Shown here: one piece after another, positions 55,737-64,000 of the stretch
Position numbering within the stretch: the first letter of the stretch is position 1
Layout: each line of letters starts with the position of its first letter
Source of the DNA: Patescibacteria group bacterium UBA5194
Lineage (GTDB): Bacteria; Patescibacteriota; Gracilibacteria; BD1-5; UBA6164
Direction of reading: 5' to 3'
DNA: 64,000 nucleotides
Assembly: GCA_002412935.1 (NCBI GenBank)
Contig: DHWA01000013.1
Coordinates: 6,954-70,953 of the forward strand
Program-made: the position numbers and the translations under genes
Notes under the pieces: model-generated
Seen by the model: only the letters and a program-made list of their open reading frames with translations
The model's database searches: none
Told to the model about the DNA's origin: nothing

Positions 55737-57404
55737 ATGTCCAACTTACTTTTATATGTTTTATTTTTCTTTATTTCATTAATTCATTCTAGTTTTCTAA
55801 ACTATTTTTGATTTGATTTTAATTCATTAGTTAATTGAAATTTTGAATTTACAAAAGTTATATTTTTTGATATTATTTCATCATTAATTATAATTTCATT
55901 TTTAATTGAAAAATCCTTCAAAAAAGAAAAAATCAAGATATACTACCCTATAATCTTGATTTTTATAATTGCCCTATCATTTATATCTACTTTTTTTTCT
56001 ATATCTTCTTTTATATCACTTTTTTGAAATACAAATAAAGCACATTGACTTATATTTATATGAAATTTAATTTGAATTTTTATAGTTTTATCAAACAAAA
56101 ATAAAGAAGAATTAAATAAGTTTTTAAGAGTTTTTTTGTTATCTTTATTTATAGTTTTCATTTTAGGAATAAAAGAATTATATTTGCCCTCTTTAAACTA
56201 TCAAGAAACTGTCAATAAAGCTGTTTCCAGCTTTTGAAATAATCAATTTTTAGCTTTAAGTACCATACTTATCATTCCTCTATTCTTCAAAAAATATAAA
56301 TCAAAATACAATTTTTTAGTGATATTTTTCTTATTATTTGTGCTAATACTTACAAAATCACTTATTTGAATTAGTATTTTTTTATCATATCTTTGTTTTA
56401 AATTTTTATGAAAAAAGAAATGATTTTTATTCTCATTCTTAGGTTTTATTATTTGATCTCTTGTTGTATTTTTTTATTTTCCTGAAAAACTGCATTCTCT
56501 TTTTTCTAGATTTTATATTTGGCAAAATGTATTAAATTTATACATATCTTCATTTAAAAATATATTATTTTGATATGGTTTTGAAACTCTGGATTTGATT
56601 TTTCCAAAAGAAAAAAATCCTTATCTTTATATCTTTGAAAATTACTGATTTATAGCTGATAGAAGTCATAATTTATGGCTTGATATACTTTATTCTACTT
56701 GAATTTTATGATTTTCTCTGACTTTATATATCACTTTTAAGATTTTAAAAATTTCTAAAAATACATATTATTATGATATATTTTTGTTGTTTTTTATTTT
56801 TGTGTTTTTCAATTTTGCATCAGTAGTACATTATTTGTTTTTACTAATTATCTTAGCTTTGTTTTTGAAAAAAGATGATTTAAAAATAGATACAAGCAAA
56901 TTTAAGATAAACATTTTTTATTTTATTTTCATAATTTTCTCTATATTTTCAATCATTTACAGTACTAAATTTTTTATAGCAGAAGTATATTACAAAAAAT
57001 GAAATCTAAGCAAGTCTATCGAAAGTTTTAATTATCCTGAATATTATTTTGAAGTATGAAGCTATAATAAATGACTAAAATATTATAATAATTTTATCCC
57101 TCTAGATTATTACAAAAATCTGATACCAAAAGATTTAAATAATCTAATTACTAATTGTGAAAGCTTTGTAAACAGTTATCCAATTGCTGAAAATTATTTA
57201 TGGTGTGGGGAAATTTTAGAAAGAGAAAACTATAAAAAAGAAAGTCTTGTTTTTTATAAAAACTGACTTTCTAAACTACCAGATTTGCGGAATAAGGAAT
57301 CTACATATTATTATAATTTCTTTGTAAAATATACAATTTCTTGAAATAGATTTTTCAATGAAAAATACTGAAATTTGAGAGAAATAATAAATCTAAGGAA
57401 GTAA
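55737..57404 (+). CDS. O-antigen ligase (Wzy_C)-like polytopic membrane protein with C-terminal soluble domain
   Basis: 555 aa. More than 10 TM helices. ADRSHNLWLDILYSTG motif. Contains track ORF 56784-57002. Confidence 0.65.
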
Positions 57405-57779
57405 TTTTAAATTTTCTTCTATTCTTCTTATTATTTGTTTATTGATTATATTATCATCATTATTTATCATCTCAATTAAATCAGAAAGTGTTAAAACTAT
57501 TAATTCTAAATTAGTAATAGCTTTTACTGTTGCAGTTCTAGCTTCTTCATTTAATAAAGCTATCTCTCAAAACATTTCTCAATCTGATAACTCAGCTATT
57601 TTATTTCAATTTATTTCAACTTCTACTATTCAAGATTTTATTATATATGATTTTCAATTAGACAATTCTCATTCATTAAAAACTACATCTCAACTATTAA
57701 AAGTCTCTACCTGAGCATAAGATAATATTTTTTCAACTACTTCATTATCAATTCAATCAAATATTTTTAAGTTAGCCAT
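57393..57779 (-). CDS. cyclic-nucleotide-binding domain protein
   Basis: 128 aa. GEMFGEIALLNEEARTATVKA is the cNMP phosphate-binding cassette. Its 3' end overlaps the convergent gene by 12 nt. Confidence 0.7.
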
Positions 57780-57810
57780 AAATTATAAATTAGGAGTTAA
57801 TGGTGGGTTT

Positions 57811-57831
57811 TCTGATTCTGCATTCTATTCT
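57811..57831. repeat. NNATTCT heptamer run (TCTGATTCTGCATTCTATTCT)
   Basis: Lies between the mutL stop and the cNMP-binding gene start. Confidence 0.4.
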
Positions 57832-57865
57832 AATATATTTCTCAAAAAAAAACAAGTAATTTATA

Positions 57866-59812
57866 TTATCTATCGTATTTTTTCTTCAAATCTTGTAGAG
57901 TTAATTCAGAAACAGAAGGTCTTCAATGTGGACAAGTTGAACTATATGACAAGACACTGTCATTAAGTAATTTATTCATCTCAAATAGATTTAATTTATT
58001 ACCGAATTTGATTGCTGATCTACAAGCTGTATAAGCACATATTTTATTTCTTACTTCCTCTAAATTCATAGATTTTCAAGTATTAAATTCTCATATATCA
58101 CTAATTATTCACAAAAAAATGTTTTTTATATCTTCTTTTTTAATAAAATTTGGAATAGCACTTAAAAGTACACTTGAAGTAGACAATATTTCAAAATCAA
58201 ATCCCATATCCAAAAAGATTTGTCTATATTGTGTCAATATCGAAATTTCTTTTCCAGTAAGATTTAAATTTTCTTGAATTAAAAGTTGTTGAGATTGTGT
58301 ATCTAGATCTTTTTTTATAAGTTTTTCATAAATTATTCTTTCTGCTAGTGCATGCTGATCAAGGATTATCAATTTATCATCTTTTTCAACAATTATATAA
58401 CTATTAAAAACTTGCCCTACTATTTTTCATAGAGATGTATAATGTAAATCAGAATTTACACCTAAATCACTTCAAGTAAAATCTTTTAAAAAATGTTTTG
58501 TAAACTCAATGGAATCTTTTATTGTATTTTGTGCTGGATTTGTAGATACATCTTTATATGGAGAATATGATTTGAATTTTGTTCCGGAACCTGTGTAATA
58601 TATATTATGTCATTCCCTTGAAGAAGGGAATCTTCATTGTATTGTTTCCTTTTGTCATTCACTATGTTGTCATTGCGATACTGCCAGAGTACAGGGAGTA
58701 CGAAGCAATCCATTCACTATATTGTTTCATGTTTTCTGGATTGCTTCGTTACTCTCGCAATGACAGTTTTCTTCTCAATTATCACTTTCATCTATATTAA
58801 CCAAACTACTATTTTCCAACTTACTCAAAATAGCATTATAAAAAGCTCTGTATATTTCTTGTTCTCTTGCAAACCTGATTTCTTGTTTTCTTGGATGTAC
58901 ATTTACATCGATTTCTTCGGGATTTATTTCTAAATTTAATATATATCCTGGAAAATTATTGTGTGGGATGAACCTACGATATGCTTCATTTATTGCTCTA
59001 TAAATAAGAGGTGAACTTATAATTCTCCCATTTACAAATATTGCTTGTCTATTTTTATTTAGAAAATGAATCTTTGGAGTTGAGATAAATCAATTTATAT
59101 TAAGTCATGAAAAAGAAAAATCTATACCTAACAAATTATTATAAAATTCTTCTCAATATATATTATAGATTCTTGTTTTTAAATCTTCATTTTCTTTGTA
59201 CTTAAAAATTATTTTTCAATTATTTACAAATTCAAATCAGATTTGTGGATGAGCAAGTGCAATATTATTTAGAAAATCACTTATGTGACTATATTCTGTT
59301 TTTTCTTTTTTAAGGTAGTTAATTCTTGCTGGAGTATTAAAAAATAATTCTTTAACAATTATTTTAGTTCATATGTTTATACTTTCTTCTTTTATATCTA
59401 ACTTTTCTCATCATATAACTTCTAAAGAGTATCATCCTTGTCATCCTGAACTTGATTCAGGATCTCTTGTTTTTGAAATTATCTTAAATTTTGAAACAGA
59501 TGATATAGACGCCAAAGCTTCTCACCTAAATCAAAAAGTCATAACTTTATGTAAATCTTCTAGATTTTTTATTTTTGAAGTAGTATGTTTTTCTGTAAGT
59601 ATAATTAAATCTTCTTTTTCTATTCCTACTCAATTATCACTTATAATTATCTCATCTATTCAACCTGAAGTGATTTCAACCTTTATACTAGTGCTTCAAG
59701 CATCTATACTATTTTCTACAAGTTCTTTAACTACTGAAACTGGTCTTTCAACTACTTCTCAAGCTGATATCTGATTTATAAGTATTTTATCTAGTTTAAT
59801 AATTTTTGACAT
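57866..59812 (-). CDS. mutL: DNA mismatch repair protein MutL with repeat-derived insertions
   Basis: 648 aa. Frame checked codon by codon. GHKL motifs VVKELVENSIDAG, DNGVGI, GFRGEAL. C-terminal domain ILDQHALAERIIYE and CPHGRP. Confidence 0.85.
58608..58765. mobile_element. composite of one solo arm, one arm fragment and one complete TGTCAT-family element inside the mutL linker
   Basis: TGTCAT starts at 58608, 58653 and 58668. The complete element 58668-58765 has arms TGTCATTGCGATACTGCC...ACGAAGCAATCC and GGATTGCTTCGTTACTCTCGCAATGACA. The whole stretch is translated in frame. Confidence 0.75.
59439..59466. repeat. solo TGTCAT-family arm inside the mutL N-terminal domain
   Basis: TGTCATCCTGAACTTGATTCAGGATCTC, read on the minus strand as RDPESSSGGQ. 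Confidence 0.5.
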
Positions 59813-59843
59813 AAAAAAATCTTTAATAGTATTATTAAAGATT
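59811..59843 (-). terminator. stem-loop with T-run between the small membrane gene and mutL
   Basis: 10-bp stem AATCTTTAAT / ATTAAAGATT, followed on the minus strand by a T-run. Confidence 0.45.
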
Positions 59844-59872
59844 ATATTAAAATTTCTGTTTTAATAAAGAAA

Positions 59873-60100
59873 TTATTTTTGATTTTTTTTGAATTTTGAT
59901 TTTATAGCTTCTTTTACACTATTTGGTATACTTTCATAACTTTTTAATATTTGTTTTATTTTTGTATAATAAGAAGTTATCTCATCAACTACTGATAAGA
60001 TTCTAACAACTTTTACAAGTGCAATAACAAGAAGAGTACCAATTACAGACGTAAAAACAATAAGTACTATGTAAAGAGCTTCTAAAATTGTAATTGTCAT
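59873..60100 (-). CDS. hypothetical small membrane protein
   Basis: Track ORF of 75 aa with no TGA needed. One TM helix followed by an amphipathic tail. Confidence 0.5.
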   Translation of the reverse strand: MTITILEALYIVLIVFTSVIGTLLVIALVKVVRILSVVDEITSYYTKIKQILKSYESIPNSVKEAIKSKFKKNQK

Positions 60101-60158
60101 AAATTATAAATTTAGGAAATATATATTAGTAATATTTTAAAATATCTTAGAACATTAT

Positions 60159-60830
60159 TTATTTAGATATCTCTGAAATTATGTCAGAATCATTTATTAT
60201 ATTATTTGTATTATTTTGAGAACTGCTAGAAACCGGAACTTCAACTTTTTCTTCTGTTTTTGTGATATTTTCACCACTTCATACTTCACTTGTTACAACA
60301 ATATTAGATTGATTAGTAGAAACTGGTGAAACTTCTTTTTTTGTATCATCAATATCTTTTATAGATTTTTCTATATCAAGTGATAGACTTTTTACTATTT
60401 TATTTATTTTTTCTTCTGTTGCAACTACTTTTACAACTTTCTCATTTTCAAATAAAACTAAACTAGGTATAGAAACAATTTGGTACTTTGATAAATCAAG
60501 TCATTCTAAAGATGATTCAACTAATTTTATTCATATATTTCTAGTCCATGCTTTTGTATAAATAACTGGTAATTCATATAAAAATTTCTTGAAAAAATCA
60601 CTTTCTTTAGAAGCAAATATACAAATTATCTTTTTTGTTTCTTCTTTATTCGAACTTTCACTAAAATAATTTTTTGATTTTCATATAAAATCTTCTAACT
60701 CAAACAATGTCTTAATAGTAAAATTTGATTCAATCAATTTTTTTGCAGTTTTTTCAACTGTTTCATTATATAACTTTAAACTATCTGATTTTATAGAAGA
60801 AAATTTTTCTTTAAGTTTTGAGAAATCCAT
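60159..60830 (-). CDS. hypothetical protein with thioredoxin-fold-like segment lacking CxxC
   Basis: 223 aa. IVSIPSLVLFENEKVVKVV resembles the cis-Pro/beta region of thioredoxins. No redox cysteines. Confidence 0.4.
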
Positions 60831-61021
60831 TTTAAATAAATTAAAATATAAAAATGTCTATTATTATTGTACTATAAAATTATTGTTTTGTAAAATTTTT
60901 GTGTTTTATAATACTATATTTTTAATGTTTTTTGATTAAATTATTTGACTTTTTAAATATTTTTCTTTTAATAACAAAGAATAGTTAATTTATAATATTT
61001 TAATTAGTAATAAATAAATTT

Positions 61022-62578
61022 ATGGCATGAAAAATGGAGGATAAACAGTTTAAACATTATGAATGAAATGTACTTTGAGGTTGAGACTGAAATTCACATG
61101 CAACAAAATGAGGTGTTGATGAAGCAAATATAAGAACATCAGACTTTGTAAGATGATTATTAACTTGAAAGGATTGAGAAATTAGATTATGAAATTATAT
61201 CTTATCAATGTGAACAGACTGAGTATGAACGAAAATCCAGATTTATATGAGACAATTTGAAAATTATTTCCAAGAATATAATAAATCAGAGAAATCAGAA
61301 GAAAATTATAATATTGCATTAACAAGTACAATTGAATTATGTGATAGAATGTTAGCAGATTTAACTGCAATGCTATTTGATGATTGAATAAAATGAGAAA
61401 GATCAATAGCTTTTACTGATATAATTGATACAAACAATACAGATAATACACATGGAACAAGACCTGAAATATTTTTTAAAGCATTTAAAATATCTTTATG
61501 AAAAAGTATAATTGGTAAAGATTCTTTAAATTTAAATTGAGAAACTGCAAATTTATGAGAAAATTGAAAATTTGTAAGAGCCTTAGAAAGATATAGAAAA
61601 TCATGAGAACTTGCAAAAAAAGAAGTAACTAGATTAACAAATGAAATAAATAATCAAAGAAATCAATTAGCATTATTATATCCATCTTCTTCACCTGAAG
61701 TTAGATTAGCGACATCAAAGATAGAGAAAGGTATGCAGTCAAACAAAGATTGAAGAAGAAATATAATTGAAGAATTTAAATCAGCTAGAAAAGATATGAT
61801 AGATTTATGGAATGAATTAGAATTAAACCTTGCATGAACTTTTCTTTGAGTAAAAAAAGCTGAAAAAGTAACTAACAAATTGGTTAAAATGGAAGAATGA
61901 GATAAAATAATAGTTTTATCAGAAACAGAAACTAAAAACTGAATTATTTCCCCAAGATCAAATGGATTAACTTTAATTAGACAAAAATGTAAAGAATTAT
62001 TATGAGATAATTGGGAAAATAAAACATTTGAAGATTATTTATTAACTATAGGAAGTAAAGCATCTAAACTACCTAAAAAATTAAAACAAAAACTTGCATG
62101 ATTAAAAATGTGGGATATTGCGACTTGAGAAACTACTGTATTTAATAAATTTATTGCTGATGATTTATTAGGATGAATAAAATGAAAACCAATTGCAAAA
62201 ATATCAGGACTTAGACATTGAACATGAAATCCTCAATATAAATTACATTCAGGATTGGAATGAAGAGAAGATCTTATGATAGATATAGATATAAGTGAAT
62301 TAGAAAAAGCAGATATATTTACTTTATTACAAGTTGCTTTTGATTTAGATGATAAAACAGTTGCAAAGCCATGGAATATGTGAATTCCATATACAATATT
62401 TTGTAAACCATGAGAAGAAGATAAGATATTAGAACAAGCTAGAGAATCATGAATTACAGCAAATTTAGTATGAGAAATAAAGAAAAGATGAGAAGATGAT
62501 CCTTCTGTAAGAATAAAATGAGTGTGAATTTGAAAATCAGAAATTACATATTCTAAAGATAGAGAAAAAACTGTTTAA
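61022..62578 (+). CDS. AIR-synthase-related (PurM-like) protein with large insertions
   Basis: 518 aa. LSMGTDGVGTKIQI and DRMLADLTAMLFDDG resemble PurM N-domain motifs. The assignment is tentative. Confidence 0.5.
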
Positions 62579-62674
62579 TTAAAAAAAATTATAGTGCTTA
62601 TTTATTGATTTCTTACAAAATATAAAGTATACTTATTTATAGTTATATTTAATTTATATTTTAAATAAAATTAT

Positions 62675-62995
62675 ATGGAAAAATTTGATAAATCAGAAAC
62701 AACTAATTCTGTTGATAATATAAAACCTGAATCTGAAATAAAACCTATTAGTACTGAAAATTATAGAAAAAAGTTAGTTGAAATAAAAGAACAAGAACAA
62801 ATTGAAGATCCTGATAAAAATACTGCTGATGCTGATTTAGAAGCAGCGTTAGAATGAGTTGAAATGAATGATACTAAAAAACTAGAACATACTTTAGATA
62901 ATTCTGTTGTAATGAATGACATATGAAATACTCATATTATTAGTCCTGCTCAAAGAATCCTTCATAAACATGAAAACATGGAAATTCCTCAATAA
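62675..62995 (+). CDS. hypothetical acidic protein
   Basis: 106 aa. Extends track ORF 62675-62857 through TGA. Confidence 0.4.
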
Positions 62996-63020
62996 ATCAT
63001 AAAACATCTAATTAACAAAT

Positions 63021-63284
63021 ATGAGTAAAAAAGAAAATAAAAAAGTTGATTCTTTATCAATCAATAGAACAAATTTAGCAAATGAAAGAACTTTATTAGC
63101 TTATTGGAGAACATCTCTGACTTTTTTTGTACTATGAGGATTTCTTATAAAAACAATATATTGAACATTTTCCTTATTTTTTGGAATTATCTCAATAATA
63201 TTTTGAATATCTTTATTTATCTATTGAACTATAAGATATTTACAAGACAAAAAAACTATAAAGAAAAATGGAAATATATTGTAA
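63021..63284 (+). CDS. DUF202 (YidH-like) membrane protein
   Basis: 87 aa. NLANERTLLAYWRTSL motif followed by two TM helices. Confidence 0.65.
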
Positions 63285-63285
63285 A

Positions 63286-64000
63286 TTACAATATATTTTT
63301 TATTATCTTATAATAAGCATTTATCCCTACCATTGCAGCATTATCCATACTATAGATTTTTTTTATTGGATAGATAAATTTTATATTTTTTCAAATTATC
63401 AATTTTTCGATATATTCTTTTAGTCTATCATTTGCACTTACTCATCAGGCAAGCATCACAGTTTTTGTATTATATTTTTCTGTTGCATTTACAAGTTTTG
63501 TAGCTAATACTTCTGTAACTGCTTCCTGAAATTCATAAGCTATTTCTTGTTTATCTTCTAAAGTTAATTCTCCAGATTTCTCAATTCTTTTGTCTACTTC
63601 TCTTTTTACACTTGATTTCACTCCTGAAAAACTAAAATTTAACTCATCTTTTTGTAGCCAACTACGAGGAAAGAGATTTGAACTAAGTTCTTGCCCCCTT
63701 GACAAGGTGAATCCAGCAGTATGCTGGAGAGAAGGTACTCTGGAGTATAAAGGGGGTGTAGGGGGTTTTTCTTTATATTTCTCTGCCAACTCAGAAATAA
63801 TCGGACCACCGGGATATCAAAGTCACATCATCTTGGCTACTTTATCAAATGCTTCTCCAGCACTATCATCTTGAGTTCATCATACTTTATTGAAATCAAA
63901 CATATTTTTCATATAATAAATCTCATTGTGTCCACCTGAAACAGTTAGACAAACTAGAGGATAAGTTATATCCTTTTCTTTTCTCTCAATATAATTTGAA
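63286..64000 (-). CDS. tsaD: tRNA N6-adenosine threonylcarbamoyltransferase TsaD, 5' end outside window, with a GC-rich in-frame insertion
   Basis: [46 protein letters not shown] motifs. Extends track ORF 63445-63789 through TGA TGA. Confidence 0.85.
63694..63765. repeat. GC-rich palindromic segment inside tsaD
   Basis: CCCCCTT...AAGGGGG flanks, an internal CCAGCAGTATGCTGG hairpin, and trailing GTAGGGGG. Encodes extra residues between [15 protein letters not shown] and NLFPRS. Confidence 0.5.

Noticed and set aside
57393-57404. 12-nt convergent overlap of the O-antigen-ligase-like and cNMP-binding genes as a regulatory feature
   Set aside because: Short 3' overlaps are common in compact genomes, and nothing else marks the site.
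1-64000. Genetic code 4 (UGA = Trp, Mycoplasma-type) as the explanation for the in-frame TGA codons
   Set aside because: TGA falls at invariant Gly positions (FtsZ GGGTGTG, Walker A, NPPFG, prepilin G-1, L34 KGR). Trp positions use TGG.

Overview
This is a very AT-rich bacterial window that only reads sensibly under genetic code 25 (UGA = Gly, as in Gracilibacteria and Absconditabacteria/SR1 of the CPR/Patescibacteria). Conserved glycines in FtsZ, ABC Walker A loops, ribosomal protein L34, NUDIX, ArgG and the prepilin cleavage site are all encoded by TGA, while Trp uses TGG. The supplied ORF track used the standard code and is therefore fragmentary. I re-derived every CDS by hand, treating only TAA and TAG as stops.

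Gene content, in order:
- 1-4.2 kb: membrane and lipoprotein genes.
- 4.3-7.8 kb: an argG-argF-argH operon preceded by a candidate Arg-codon leader-peptide attenuator.
- 8.4-11.9 kb: two ABC exporter genes.
- 12-31 kb: a defense/accessory island ending next to a tRNA-Arg(CCG)-like gene. It holds a type I R-M system (hsdR, hsdS, hsdM) interrupted by two DUF3800 genes, an unknown gene, a HEPN gene translationally coupled to an AbiA-like reverse transcriptase-HEPN gene, and RhuM. Beyond hsdM lie a decayed HigB-like toxin, two HTH-Panacea antitoxins, a class II Fic, an APC permease and a degenerate HTH-Fic.
- 31.4-33.8 kb: an Elp3-like radical-SAM/GNAT gene and a small membrane protein gene.
- 33.8-47 kb, minus strand: L,D-transpeptidase, a 1052-aa Cys-repeat surface protein, a 932-aa protein, an LPXTG protein, yidC, rnpA, rpmH, ftsZ and ftsA.
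- 47-64 kb: housekeeping genes (ftsE, J-domain protein, recO, type IV pilin, PfkB kinase, GT4 glycosyltransferase, recR, NUDIX, O-antigen-ligase-like, cNMP-binding protein, mutL, PurM-like, tsaD).

The most unusual signal is a family of about 80-150 bp palindromic MITE-like elements with TGTCAT...ATGACA termini, each arm carrying its own hairpin. About 17 copies or fragments are present. At least five insertion events lie in frame inside conserved genes (elp3-like, rnpA, the glycosyltransferase, and mutL twice) without breaking the ORFs. In every case the terminal ATGACA is read as A-TGA-CA, a frame that is only translatable because UGA is sense.

Two accessory cassettes in the R-M locus are bracketed by duplicated 3' ends of hsdR and hsdM. 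All coordinates were derived by hand and repeat boundaries may be off by 1-2 nt.
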